Shown: piece after piece, positions 39,470 to 49,624 of the stretch | How positions within the stretch are numbered: position 1 is the stretch's first letter | Layout of the letters: the number at the start of each line of letters is the position of its first letter | Virus record (IMG/VR): IMGVR_UViG_3300032285_004054 | Coordinates: 124,001-188,000 of that record | Strand: one strand, 5' to 3' | Length of the DNA stretch: 64,000 bases | Translations under genes and position numbers: made by a program | The notes under the pieces: model-generated | The model's database searches: none | What the model was told of the DNA's origin: nothing | Seen by the model: only the letters and a program-made list of their open reading frames with translations

Positions 39470-41267
39470 TGTTGTTTAATATATATGTAAAACCGTTTCT
39501 TTTTTCAAGCTGAATAATACTATCAACTTTACTGTTAATAGCGTTACTACGATGTGTTATAATATAACATCCTTCATTATATTTTTCAAGACGTTCACGT
39601 AATACTTTCATTACTAATTCAACACCTTTGTCGTCTAAAGAGGAATCGAGTAGTTCATCATAAAAAATAGTACTAAAATTAATATCGCCCTGTAAGCGTC
39701 TAATGTCTAGAAAAGCAAATAAACAGGCGAGGTCAATTCTTTTACGTTCACCACCAGAGAAGTTAAAATAAGATTTAACTTCGTTATTTTCATCGATAAT
39801 TTGCTCATCAAAAAACTCGTTAAACTGACATAAGCAATTTGCATGTAGTGCATTTAAGTAGTGAGCTAATCTAGCATTCAATAGCTTTAATATTTTTTTT
39901 ACAATATAAGCTTTAACTCCTTCCTCTGAAACAACAAATTTAACACTATCCAATACGTTTAAATTTAAATCTAACGCATCTATTTGTTGGATGTAGTTAT
40001 TTTGCTCTATTGTTAAATTTTTAACGTTTTCTTCTAAAGAAGTGTTAGTTTCTTGTTTAACAGATTCGATATCTCTTAGAATCTCGTTATTACTTTCTTC
40101 AATAATATTAAGCTTATTTGTACAGATAATATTTTTATTTTTAAGATCTTTAATCTTATCTTTTTTATCTTGTAGTTCTCTAAATTGCTGTTTAATATAC
40201 TTAATGTTTTCTTTAACATTATCGTATTGCTCTTGCCACTTGCTTACGTTTTTAGTGTACTGTACTTCTTTTTCTTTTAACTTATTAATAGCATCAGTTC
40301 TATGTGTCGTATCTTCTTCAGAGTATGGTCGTTGACACAGCTTACACGATGAACCTACCTTTTCAATCTCTTTAATATTGTTAATATTTGTTTCTAATTC
40401 GAACTTAGCAGTAGTTAACTGCTGTAATGTATTTGTATGCTCAGTATCTGCTGCAACTTGAAGCTCGTTTAGTTCTGTTTCTTTATTTGAAATAAGCTCT
40501 TCAATATTTACTGGTACATCAATTATACTATTTTTAAGTAGGGTATAATTGCTGTTATTGTTTTCAATTTTAACCTCAAGATCTTTTATTTTGTTTTGTT
40601 TATTAACATTGAACTGATTAAGTTGTACTAGATTAAATTCAAGAGTTTTATCAATTGTTGTTTTTTTAGCAAAAACTACATCATACTCTCTCTTCAACTC
40701 ATTGTATTGCTCTCTAGCTTTTAAAAGCATCTCTGAAAACACTTCTAGATTAAGCGTGCTTTCGATAAATTTTCGTTTATCAACTTTAGACTGTGCCATA
40801 AAAGGTACAGTATTATTAATCGTCATTACAACAGTATTTTGAAATATTTTGCTAGTAGAGTTTACTAACTGTTGTATATACTCGTTTGTTTTAGGTAAAG
40901 TTGAACGCGTGACATCAACACCATCTTTTAAGATGGAACATTTTGTAGGTCCTAAGGACCGTGTTACGGTATAATTGTTTGTTATACCGTTTACGCTTAT
41001 TTGTAATTCGAGTTTAACTTCGCAATGTTTTTTATTATAAGAGTTAACAATAAGATCTTTACTTAGTTCTCTAATCGTTGAACCGAATAACGCAAAATGC
41101 AATGCATCGACGACTGTCGATTTACCTACACCGTTTTTAGAATCTTCCTTATCGTAGTTAATGCCTGTAATGACATTAATACCTGATTGAAAGTTAATAA
41201 CTATCGGTTCACTACCTACCGATAGAAAATTACGAACTGTAAGTGTTTTAAAGCTTATTACCCGCAC
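39456..41267 (-). CDS. gp46: Recombination endonuclease ATPase subunit (Rad50/SbcC-like)
   Basis: NFLSVG, NGVGKST, central CKLC hook, FSGGERKRID, FYDELLD, IITH. Confidence 0.95.
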   Translation of the reverse strand: MRVISFKTLTVRNFLSVGSEPIVINFQSGINVITGINYDKEDSKNGVGKSTVVDALHFALFGSTIRELSKDLIVNSYNKKHCEVKLELQISVNGITNNYTVTRSLGPTKCSILKDGVDVTRSTLPKTNEYIQQLVNSTSKIFQNTVVMTINNTVPFMAQSKVDKRKFIESTLNLEVFSEMLLKAREQYNELKREYDVVFAKKTTIDKTLEFNLVQLNQFNVNKQNKIKDLEVKIENNNSNYTLLKNSIIDVPVNIEELISNKETELNELQVAADTEHTNTLQQLTTAKFELETNINNIKEIEKVGSSCKLCQRPYSEEDTTHRTDAINKLKEKEVQYTKNVSKWQEQYDNVKENIKYIKQQFRELQDKKDKIKDLKNKNIICTNKLNIIEESNNEILRDIESVKQETNTSLEENVKNLTIEQNNYIQQIDALDLNLNVLDSVKFVVSEEGVKAYIVKKILKLLNARLAHYLNALHANCLCQFNEFFDEQIIDENNEVKSYFNFSGGERKRIDLACLFAFLDIRRLQGDINFSTIFYDELLDSSLDDKGVELVMKVLRERLEKYNEGCYIITHRSNAINSKVDSIIQLEKRNGFTYILNNNEQL

Positions 41268-41273
41268 ATGAAT

Positions 41274-41301
41274 ATTGTATATGATACATTAATCATTGCT
41301 A
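41274..41301 (-). promoter_or_regulatory. Sigma70-like promoter of gp46
   Basis: TAGCAA-16 nt-TACAAT-6 nt-GTG(41267). Confidence 0.55.
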
Positions 41302-41303
41302 CT

Positions 41304-41912
41304 TTATTTTTTTACAATGTATGATGTAATACTTTGTCCGTTGTTTGTTGAATATACTTCACAAAATTCTATTTGGTTTTTTAAATTCAAAATTTGTTCT
41401 TCGGTTACATAAAAATTTTTATAATCTGAACAGTTAATGTTTTTAATATCTTTTAAAAGGCTTAAAGTTGTGCTTTCTGTTTTAGTTTCTAATAGACTTG
41501 TGTGTAAATCTTCTAATATGTAAATTCCTCCGCTTTTAAGTCTGTTAAAAATATTAACTATTGATACTTGCTGCTGAAGCATCGTATGACCTCCATCATC
41601 TATTATAAGGTCAAATTCTACTCCGTTAAAAACACTCTGTAAAAAATTAATATCTGTTTGATCGCCCTGTTCAATTACAATACGATCCTCTTGTAGGTAT
41701 TTTCGATCTTCTATATCGAAACCGTATATTGTTGCTTTTGGAAAGTATTCTTTCCACATACGTAACGATTGGCCTAAGAAAACACCTATTTCTAAAATAG
41801 AAGTGTAAGTATTTCTAAAATTTGAAAGTTTTTCATTATATATTTGTGTAAAGTGATGGTTTACAGCTTTATCTGTACTACATTTTAGTCCTATTTCAGT
41901 TAATATGTCCAT
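41304..41912 (-). CDS. Class I SAM-dependent methyltransferase, sugar O-methyltransferase-like
   Basis: TDKAVNHHFTQIY, ILEIG, YGFDI, GDQTD, DLIIDDGGH, GGIYILEDL, as in the MycE/OleY-type family. Confidence 0.82.
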   Translation of the reverse strand: MDILTEIGLKCSTDKAVNHHFTQIYNEKLSNFRNTYTSILEIGVFLGQSLRMWKEYFPKATIYGFDIEDRKYLQEDRIVIEQGDQTDINFLQSVFNGVEFDLIIDDGGHTMLQQQVSIVNIFNRLKSGGIYILEDLHTSLLETKTESTTLSLLKDIKNINCSDYKNFYVTEEQILNLKNQIEFCEVYSTNNGQSITSYIVKK

Positions 41913-41915
41913 AAA

Positions 41916-42623
41916 TTATACTATTTTTGTAAATCCTTCGGTGTTCCATTTTCTATAAAATACTTCTTGAGCATCAAGAAGTTTCTTTCTTACCTGATCT
42001 GATGTCTCTTCAGATTCGGGTTTATTTAGCCCGTGTTCAATTTGGGATGCTGTATTTAAAGCATGCGGTAATTTGTTTGCCTGTAGACAGCGTTCATAAT
42101 CGTTATCTTGAAAATAAAAATCAAAACGCTCATCAAATTTACCAATAATATCAAAAACCTGTTTACGCATAAACAAACAAAAACCTAATAAAAATTTTGT
42201 TGTTTCATAACCAAAATATAAAGTATTATCTTCTGGGAAATCATTATATGTATTTCTATGCCAGGAACGATCTACCGGGCTTGCAGACATGAGAGTGTTA
42301 ATTTTATTAAACGCAAATACCATGTTCTCAAGGCATTTTGGTTTTGTTATAACATCGTTATTTGAAATACAAATAAACTCTGATGTACAGTATGTCAAAG
42401 CTATATTAAGAAATTTGTTGTAATTGAAATCGTAAGGCGGTACAACACTAATAATTTTATTAGAAATATTTTTCCAAATAGAGTTATCAAAGTCTTTATT
42501 ACTCTCAACCAGAATAATATTATTAATATACTGTTCTTCTTTAAGGTAAGACGTAATACATCTTAATACCATTTCATAATACTCACTATTTTTTGTATAT
42601 GTAAGTATAATAATATCGATCAT
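41916..42623 (-). CDS. GT-A (family 2) glycosyltransferase
   Basis: IDIIILTY, ILVES, FNYNKFLN, CISNNDV, IGKFDERFDFYFQDND. Confidence 0.82.
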   Translation of the reverse strand: MIDIIILTYTKNSEYYEMVLRCITSYLKEEQYINNIILVESNKDFDNSIWKNISNKIISVVPPYDFNYNKFLNIALTYCTSEFICISNNDVITKPKCLENMVFAFNKINTLMSASPVDRSWHRNTYNDFPEDNTLYFGYETTKFLLGFCLFMRKQVFDIIGKFDERFDFYFQDNDYERCLQANKLPHALNTASQIEHGLNKPESEETSDQVRKKLLDAQEVFYRKWNTEGFTKIV

Positions 42624-43339
42624 AGAGTTATACCTTCGAGGTGTTTTGTTTCTTGTGCGTATATACGCTGTACGTGCTGACCATGCATTAATATACCGAC
42701 ATTATTATGTGTTGCAGTACTACTTACGTCTATATCTTCATCCTTTTCGCCGTATTTACTAACATGCCAGGACATACCTTCGTAGTGTTTATATAGTACT
42801 CCGCTACCGTTATAGTTACCAATTTTTAATTTATGTTTTCTAATATCTTCGAAAAACGAAGAACCGATATCGTATCTCTTTTCTCCTCTACTCTTTTGTC
42901 TTTCAATATCAAAGAAATTAATATTATGATCTTTTACATGCTTAACGTTTATAAAACAATGCCAAGGATGTACTCTATTATATAGTTTTTTACCTGCACG
43001 GTCTCCTACTATTTCTCCCATTAGTGTTAAATCCATCTCTTTAAATTGTCTAAAGATTTCATCATGATTTGATAGAAAAATAACATCCGTATCTACTAGT
43101 AAAGCATAATCTGTTTTTACGTTTTTAAGTAAAATATCAACCGAAGGTCCGTGTATACCTCCTTTATTTTCAACAAATGGTATATTTGCTCTTTTGAGAA
43201 TATCTTTTGTAAGATTATCTATAGAATTTTCACATATTAATATATTACATTCTGGGTGAAACGCTCTAAATGTTTTTAACATATTAGACGTAACAACAGG
43301 AGTGTTATATGAGCAAGATATAAGAGTTAAATTATCCAT
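42620..43339 (-). CDS. GT-A glycosyltransferase-like protein
   Basis: LISCSYNT, ILICEN, HGPSVD, LLVDTDV (DXD). Confidence 0.72.
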   Translation of the reverse strand: MDNLTLISCSYNTPVVTSNMLKTFRAFHPECNILICENSIDNLTKDILKRANIPFVENKGGIHGPSVDILLKNVKTDYALLVDTDVIFLSNHDEIFRQFKEMDLTLMGEIVGDRAGKKLYNRVHPWHCFINVKHVKDHNINFFDIERQKSRGEKRYDIGSSFFEDIRKHKLKIGNYNGSGVLYKHYEGMSWHVSKYGEKDEDIDVSSTATHNNVGILMHGQHVQRIYAQETKHLEGITL

Positions 43340-44141
43340 TTTGCTTATAAATTTCTTTTAAGGATTTTTTTACTAAATCAAGCGGGGTATCAGGTATGCC
43401 ACCAGGTACGGTGCCATGCTTTTTAACAAAAATTTCATCAGCTGCTCTAACTATAGTTTGATGATCGCTTCTTGAACTAATTGTACTTGTTTGAAGAGTC
43501 CAAGGAATATCCTCTAGGTATTGATTTGAGTTTGCAATATCTGCAAAATACCAGAATGGCGGATGCATTCCTTTTTGTATAATTCTATAAGTGTGTTCTA
43601 CGTGTTCACACGCGTTAAAAAATAACTCATCAATTAACCCTACTTCTTCAAGACACTTACGCGTATAAAAAGAAAACGCACCCACACAATGTGGATATAA
43701 TGCAATTGAAAGATCCTCTGAATAGCTTATAACAGTTCTAGGGTTAGGGGTTTCGGATCTAAACATTTTATTCATAAGTCCGTGCTGACTATAATTAAAA
43801 TGCTGTATACCTGTGCCTTTTGAAGCATCTATATATCTCTGAAAAACACTTTCATCCTTAATAAGGATATCATCTTCTATTAAGAAAATGTAATCGCAAC
43901 CTTTTTCTAATAAAAGCTTTGTAGCATCATTTTTACTAATACCAACACCCTTATTGGTTTTATGCTGTATTAATGTAAAATTATCTTTATTCGGGTATAG
44001 ATCATCACTGTAAGGCGTACCGTCATTTACAACTACAACATGTTGTATCTTATCAACAGGTATAGTTTTAAAACTCTTTTTAAAGTAATTCTCTCTATTG
44101 TATGTTACAATACCTATACCTATTTTATTATTTGTTTCCAT
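43332..44141 (-). CDS. GT-A (family 2) glycosyltransferase
   Basis: IGIVTYNR, VVVNDG, NKGVGISKN, FLIEDD, VGLIDE. Confidence 0.85.
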   Translation of the reverse strand: METNNKIGIGIVTYNRENYFKKSFKTIPVDKIQHVVVVNDGTPYSDDLYPNKDNFTLIQHKTNKGVGISKNDATKLLLEKGCDYIFLIEDDILIKDESVFQRYIDASKGTGIQHFNYSQHGLMNKMFRSETPNPRTVISYSEDLSIALYPHCVGAFSFYTRKCLEEVGLIDELFFNACEHVEHTYRIIQKGMHPPFWYFADIANSNQYLEDIPWTLQTSTISSRSDHQTIVRAADEIFVKKHGTVPGGIPDTPLDLVKKSLKEIYKQNG

Positions 44142-44787
44142 TTTTAATTTCTTTTAGTTGTGGTTTAAGATCGTCAATACTAGGTATTAGCTGATCCCAG
44201 GGTAGTACATTATATTTGTATTTGTACCAGCCACTAGAGTACATCTCTAGAGTTTGTTTAGCAACTTTATCGTCCTTTTGAACGATATCAAATAACCAGG
44301 GTGTAGTCTTATCAATACTTGAAGGGTATAAGTTTGTACTTCCTAATCTAATTGCATAATCCATTGAGCATAATGAATCGTTAAGTCTTACATCTAAATA
44401 ACCAATTTTATCTATTGCTTGTCTTGTAAAAACCTCTAAAACAACTTTTTGCTCGCTACCGTTGCTTACATTTATCTTAACACTACCATAATCTATAACA
44501 GTACCTGTTTTAAGAGGCCCTGTGAGGTAGTTGATACCAGTTGAAATAATAGTATTTACGTACTGTTCAGCTACAATTCTCAATGAATTAACAGATAAGG
44601 GAGGTAGTTCATTGTTTGTGTTGTATATAACAAAATACTGATACTGTTCGTTATCAATAAAGCGTCGTAGAAAGCTATTTTTAGTAGCGGTAACATTTTT
44701 ACCTATAGAGGAAAAAAATATACCTGGTTCTTCTTCATTTTGAAGAGATGGCTTTGTAATAATACCAATTGCTATTTGATTATTCAT
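44128..44787 (-). CDS. Degenerate GT2-like protein
   Basis: IAIGIIT start and FTRQAIDKIGYLD...DYAIR resemble the neighbouring GT2; no evident DXD. Confidence 0.45.
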   Translation of the reverse strand: MNNQIAIGIITKPSLQNEEEPGIFFSSIGKNVTATKNSFLRRFIDNEQYQYFVIYNTNNELPPLSVNSLRIVAEQYVNTIISTGINYLTGPLKTGTVIDYGSVKINVSNGSEQKVVLEVFTRQAIDKIGYLDVRLNDSLCSMDYAIRLGSTNLYPSSIDKTTPWLFDIVQKDDKVAKQTLEMYSSGWYKYKYNVLPWDQLIPSIDDLKPQLKEIKNGNK

Positions 44788-45835
44788 TTGTTTGTTGTGA
44801 TATTTTATATAGTTCTAAGCATTTATCTAGTATACTTCTTTTATCTACATCAGTTGTTAATAAATTAACAAATTCTTGTAACGCTGTTTCAATGTCGAAA
44901 CTTAAATTTTCTAATTCTTCTCCTTCAACTTGTTTTTCTTCTAAGAGATTAAATTCAGTTCTTAAAGAGAGAGGTTTATACTGCGATATTTTTGTAATAA
45001 TAGAATCAATATGTTGAGCGGTTAATTTGTTATCAACATAAAGACTAACTATATTGTTTCTTACTATCTCCTCAACATTCTTTATAGAACCGTCAAATAT
45101 TTTTGCAGTATTAATTCTCTTATGCTTAGGTGAAAATGTATTTTCAATAAATTCAACATCTAGCGTATCTACATCTAATATCGAAACACCTTTTTGTTGA
45201 TCTCTGTCTCCAAAATCTAACTCATGAGGTGAACCTAGATATAATATACTTTTACCACCAGGGTAGAACCTATGCTCTCTAAAATGAAAATGACCTGATA
45301 TAACTAAATCAGCCTTATCATGTAAAAAGGTATTTTCAAAACCATGCTCACATACTTTATGTTGGTTCATTCTAAAATTAATAATATCAAAATGTCCAAC
45401 TATAACATCACACTTAGGTATACTCTTAGCTTCAGTACCCCAAGGGCAAAATGTAAATGATTTATCTCTAATTTTAAAATTACGTAACTCTTCAAAAACT
45501 GTTACGTTCTTATTATTAAGAATAGAAATCGAATTAACGTCAGATTTATCTTTATAGAAGCAATCATGATTACCAGTTATTGCTACAATATTAAAATCTT
45601 CTAATATATTAAAAAATCTATTCGCAGCATGTATTGTGTTAACACCAATTAAATGTCTATCATGAAAGATATCTCCTGCAATAATAATATCTTTAATATT
45701 GCGTTCAAGTAATGTCGATTTTAACCAATAAGCAAATTTGATAGCTATATCATGCCAGGTCTGCGAGTTTTGATGTACACCTAAGTGTATATCACTTATA
45801 CAGGCTATTTTTGGACCTGTGATATTATTCATCAT
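44780..45835 (-). CDS. gp47: Recombination endonuclease nuclease subunit (Mre11/SbcD-like)
   Basis: SDIHLG, GDIFHDR, GNHD, GHF, SGHFH, YLGSP. Confidence 0.95.
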   Translation of the reverse strand: MMNNITGPKIACISDIHLGVHQNSQTWHDIAIKFAYWLKSTLLERNIKDIIIAGDIFHDRHLIGVNTIHAANRFFNILEDFNIVAITGNHDCFYKDKSDVNSISILNNKNVTVFEELRNFKIRDKSFTFCPWGTEAKSIPKCDVIVGHFDIINFRMNQHKVCEHGFENTFLHDKADLVISGHFHFREHRFYPGGKSILYLGSPHELDFGDRDQQKGVSILDVDTLDVEFIENTFSPKHKRINTAKIFDGSIKNVEEIVRNNIVSLYVDNKLTAQHIDSIITKISQYKPLSLRTEFNLLEEKQVEGEELENLSFDIETALQEFVNLLTTDVDKRSILDKCLELYKISQQTNE

Positions 45836-46385
45836 TTGTTGCTAGTGAATCGTCATAGTGATCACTACCGTCATCTTCTCTGTGAGCATTTTTCTGATAG
45901 GGTATCTGACCACTCTCTGCTAGTAGTTCATAAACTTCATTTTGATATCTATGAATAGTTTCATGTTCTTTCTTTTCTTTTTTAATTCTATTTTGAAATG
46001 CTCTATAAGCTACTTTTGTAAAGTAAGAAAAAGGATTATACCCGCTATCACACTTAAATCTCTTTCTAGTTAAAGCAGTCATCATCTTAATGATCGCGTC
46101 CCCAATCATTTCTTCCTTATATGAATAGTTAATAAAGTTCTGTGCGTACCCTAGACGTGTACCGATCTTTTGAATCATGTCGGCTAGTTCATTCTTAAGA
46201 TCGTTAGTTTTGTAGTACTCCTTTATAAGATTTTCCATCTCAATCGGGTCAACGTAATTTGGCTTAAGCTCTTCTTTAGTACGTCTGACTCTCTTCTTAC
46301 CTTTTGTAATAGCTTTATCGTCTAGTATTTCATCTAGATCTGGCTCTTCGAATCCGACGAACGCATCTTTTTGTTTTTTAATCAT
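45825..46385 (-). CDS. gp55: Late-transcription sigma factor
   Basis: NYVD...NFINYSYKEEMIGDAI...NPFSYFTKVAYRAFQNRIKKEKK. Confidence 0.92.
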   Translation of the reverse strand: MIKKQKDAFVGFEEPDLDEILDDKAITKGKKRVRRTKEELKPNYVDPIEMENLIKEYYKTNDLKNELADMIQKIGTRLGYAQNFINYSYKEEMIGDAIIKMMTALTRKRFKCDSGYNPFSYFTKVAYRAFQNRIKKEKKEHETIHRYQNEVYELLAESGQIPYQKNAHREDDGSDHYDDSLATNDE

Positions 46386-46397
46386 AAAATTTAATCA

Positions 46398-46425
46398 ATA
46401 ATATACGATTGATATGTTTAATCAA
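46398..46425 (-). promoter_or_regulatory. Sigma70-like promoter of gp55
   Basis: TTGATT-16 nt-TATTAT-12 nt-ATG(46385). Confidence 0.6.
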
Positions 46426-47870
46426 CTCTCCAGTAGCTCTTTTACAGTAAAATCTATACTTTCATTTGTGTATAGTTCTATTCTTTCCTGTAAATGAGAA
46501 TTACCGTAACGTAGATTATCTCCTATATCAAAAATTGTAGCACGTTTTTTATTAGCGTGTAGACGAAGACTTCTACCTATGGATTGAATAATTTTTATCC
46601 TAGCTTTTCCAATAGCTGCAAACACAACATAGTGTAAGTTTTTAATATTAATACCGGTACTAAAAATTTTAGATATAGCAATACATACGATATTGTCGCT
46701 TGTCTCCATAAGTTCGCGTATTTTTTCTCTTTCATCTACCTCTACACCTCCATGTACAAAATAAACCATTTTATTAGTATTATTATAAAGTACGTTGTGT
46801 AGTTCTTCACCATGTGCGATACGATCAACCATAATGAGAATATTGTTTGATACACCATTAACGAGTTTAGTTATTACCTCATTACGAAATTTATTAGTTT
46901 GTAAAAATTGTATTTCTTCCTCATACCCTGCGGTAGGGTTAGACATAGACGGTGTTGTGAATGCAGGTAGATTTCTATAGTGTAACTTAAGTACAGCAAC
47001 AGTAACGTCGGTTATATATTTTTGTTCTCTTAAATCTATCGACTTCTTTGTGTATATAATCTTACCTATCTTACCAAAAATATTCCATTGGTCCATTTTA
47101 TTGTCGGGTAATGTACCTGTTAAACCGTAGCGAAACTTAGCAGGTATCTTGTCGATAACTTTATTTACTTTATTACCATGTTTAATCTTATGTACCTCAT
47201 CAACAATAAGAAGGTCTATATCTTTAAGAGCTGATAAATCTTGTTTTTCAGATTGTAATATCTGAGCATTTGAAATAATAATTGAAGCGTTTGGATCTGG
47301 TTCATTACTACCTGTCCATTTTGTTACACTACTTTCTGGTATTCCGTACTCAATAAAATCACTAGATGTCTGAGTAGCTAACTGTAGATCAGGTACTAAA
47401 ATTAATGTTTTACATTTATTAACTTGCTCCTGTATTGTACTAACAAGAGTAGCCATAACAAGAGTTTTACCTGCTGACGTAGGTAGAATTATAACACCAC
47501 CTCTATTTTTTATAGCTGCTTTAATAGTTTCTTCCTGATAATCTCTTAATGGTAGATTAAGTTTTGCAATTTTATCCTCAAATAAAAAAGGCGGTTCGTA
47601 CGCTTTCTTAAAAGCGTCACTTATTGTGATATCAAATTTAATTTCTAAACTTTGTAGATATTCAATTATTGTTGGTGCTAATCTAATCTCAAATCTACCT
47701 TGAGGTGTAATTACGTATTGTCTTGTTGAGGGACGATAACCTACTGCAAAACGTCTCTTAAAAGCTTGGTTTTTATCTTCAACAGAAAAATATTCTCTTA
47801 TGTTAGGTAGATAATCAGTTGTAATTACACCCTTCTTTCTACCAAAATCATAATCAAATAAAACCTTCAT
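46422..47870 (-). CDS. uvsW: SF2 DNA helicase
   Basis: LRDYQ, PTSAGKT, IVDEVH, GLTGT, FSTGINI, IIQSIGRSLR. Confidence 0.94.
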   Translation of the reverse strand: MKVLFDYDFGRKKGVITTDYLPNIREYFSVEDKNQAFKRRFAVGYRPSTRQYVITPQGRFEIRLAPTIIEYLQSLEIKFDITISDAFKKAYEPPFLFEDKIAKLNLPLRDYQEETIKAAIKNRGGVIILPTSAGKTLVMATLVSTIQEQVNKCKTLILVPDLQLATQTSSDFIEYGIPESSVTKWTGSNEPDPNASIIISNAQILQSEKQDLSALKDIDLLIVDEVHKIKHGNKVNKVIDKIPAKFRYGLTGTLPDNKMDQWNIFGKIGKIIYTKKSIDLREQKYITDVTVAVLKLHYRNLPAFTTPSMSNPTAGYEEEIQFLQTNKFRNEVITKLVNGVSNNILIMVDRIAHGEELHNVLYNNTNKMVYFVHGGVEVDEREKIRELMETSDNIVCIAISKIFSTGINIKNLHYVVFAAIGKARIKIIQSIGRSLRLHANKKRATIFDIGDNLRYGNSHLQERIELYTNESIDFTVKELLES

Positions 47871-48283
47871 TATGTTGTTTCAAGCTTAATAATTTCTATT
47901 AAGTTTTTTATATCGTAACTAACACTTCTAAAATTTGTTTCAACTTTACCTAGATACTCGACAAGTAATTCATTTTCTGCTATCTGATGATCTATTTTTG
48001 TAATAATTTCGTGATTGCTAGCTGCAATTTCCGCAGTCTTAGCAGTTATACCGACGGGTGATTCAGCTTTCATTTTTTCGCTAATTTTAGCGAGAGCTTG
48101 TTGGCGTAACTTGTTTAGCTTTATAACTTCCTGTTTATGGAACATAAGCCTACCAACCCAGTAATGTCTCGTAGCAGGTAGGTCTAACTGAACTTGCTTC
48201 ATATTAAATTCATCAAGAGCGATCGATTTTTTAATCGCTTCCTCGTATGTCTGTAAAAGAGAGATAGTACTTTCCTGTTCCAT
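47870..48283 (-). CDS. uvsY: Recombination mediator
   Basis: Helical; ends LVEYLGKVETNFRSVSYDIKNLIEIIKLE. Start moved to ATG 48283 (MEQES), 7 nt after a TATTAT. Confidence 0.75.
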   Translation of the reverse strand: MEQESTISLLQTYEEAIKKSIALDEFNMKQVQLDLPATRHYWVGRLMFHKQEVIKLNKLRQQALAKISEKMKAESPVGITAKTAEIAASNHEIITKIDHQIAENELLVEYLGKVETNFRSVSYDIKNLIEIIKLETT

Positions 48284-48331
48284 CTCATTAATAATATGTG
48301 CTTTTAACCTTTTTACCACTAAATATTATAT

Positions 48332-48598
48332 ATGTCTTTGTTTGACAACATTGTTAATTCTATTTTAAAAGAAAGTGCTAATATATCTGGTGGTATTGGT
48401 AGTGCGTTTGGTCCGGGTGTAGGAGCGGAGGGAGCAACACAATTTTCAGCTGATACCTACGCAAGAGGAGATGCACGTATAGTTAAACCTTTAAGTAAAG
48501 GTGTAATCACTCGTAATGGAGTCGTAAAAACTGTATTTTCAACAGGTAAAAAAAGTAAAAAGAAACATTCCAGGCGCCGTAAACATAAAAGAAAGTAA
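48332..48598 (+). CDS. Small late protein, possible internal head protein
   Basis: MSLFDNIVNSILKES start, basic tail; TAAATA 6 nt before the ATG. Confidence 0.65.
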   Translation: MSLFDNIVNSILKESANISGGIGSAFGPGVGAEGATQFSADTYARGDARIVKPLSKGVITRNGVVKTVFSTGKKSKKKHSRRRKHKRK

Positions 48599-49014
48599 TG
48601 GAATACGGACATTGGATTGTAAGAGAAGGTGTTAGTATATCTGAGGGTACTTTTGGGTTTATATATGAAATTACCAATACTGTTTTAAATAAAAAGTATA
48701 TAGGTAAGAAGCAGTGTACAAGTCGTATTAAACGTAAACCTCTTAAGGGTAAAACACGTAATAGAATAGAACATAAGGAATCTGATTGGAAGTTATACAC
48801 AAGCTCCTCAAATGAACTAAATGAAGATATAGCAAAGTACGGAAAAGATAAGTTTTGTTTTGAAATTATAAAAGAATGTAATTCGAAGTGGGAATTAGCA
48901 TATTATGAAATTAAAGAGCAACTCGATAAACAGGTTCTTTTAAGGGAAGACTACTATAACGGTATAATAAATGTAAGAATAGGTAGACCTCCTAAAAGTG
49001 CTAAGATTAAATAA
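48598..49014 (+). CDS. GIY-YIG family endonuclease
   Basis: GFIYEITN...KYIGKK, WKLYTSS, FEIIKEC, YYE, YYNG. Confidence 0.8.
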   Translation: MEYGHWIVREGVSISEGTFGFIYEITNTVLNKKYIGKKQCTSRIKRKPLKGKTRNRIEHKESDWKLYTSSSNELNEDIAKYGKDKFCFEIIKECNSKWELAYYEIKEQLDKQVLLREDYYNGIINVRIGRPPKSAKIK

Positions 49015-49019
49015 AAGAC

Positions 49020-49604
49020 ATGAAGCAGGTTAATAGATGTATGTATTGTCAGAGTACGAGTTACGGTAGAGGTTGTAACTACGGTCCTCACGGTATACAC
49101 TTTCATCCTGATGACACCAAGCTTTGTTCATATTGCGGTTCAACCAACTACGGTAATGGCTGCTTAACAAACCCTTTTGGTAAAGTACATATTCACGGAA
49201 TAATGTATAATAATATGTTAAAAGAATCACTAGTTAACGGGTTTTATATGCACGAAATGTTTAAAGATCTTAAGGAATACCGAGCATACAAGTTAGGTAT
49301 TATTGACGAGAGCGGAAATAAAATTAAAGAACCTATAACGGAAGAGGAGCGTGCTGCTTTCTCCCCTATAACCAAAAACTTTATTAAAATAAAGCGTTAT
49401 TTGGGATCTAAGTTAGATCTTATTAACCGTGCAACAATCCTCGAAAAAGAAACAAAATTAAACTATAATAAGGAAGATCATAAAAAGCTGTTAAAGCATA
49501 CAGATGAGTTTGAAAATGTTTTTGAACAGTTACATAGAGCAGTAGATGCAGCTCTAGAGGATGGTTTAACCCACGAGCAAATTGAAAGCTTGTTGCAGAA
49601 ATAA
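49020..49604 (+). CDS. Hypothetical late protein with duplicated Cys/His motif
   Basis: Two CxxCxSxxYGxGC...PxG..HxH units, then AYKLGIIDESGNKIK...EEERAAF; TAAATA 6 nt before the ATG. Confidence 0.75.
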   Translation: MKQVNRCMYCQSTSYGRGCNYGPHGIHFHPDDTKLCSYCGSTNYGNGCLTNPFGKVHIHGIMYNNMLKESLVNGFYMHEMFKDLKEYRAYKLGIIDESGNKIKEPITEEERAAFSPITKNFIKIKRYLGSKLDLINRATILEKETKLNYNKEDHKKLLKHTDEFENVFEQLHRAVDAALEDGLTHEQIESLLQK

Positions 49605-49624
49605 ATTTACATTATAATATGGGT

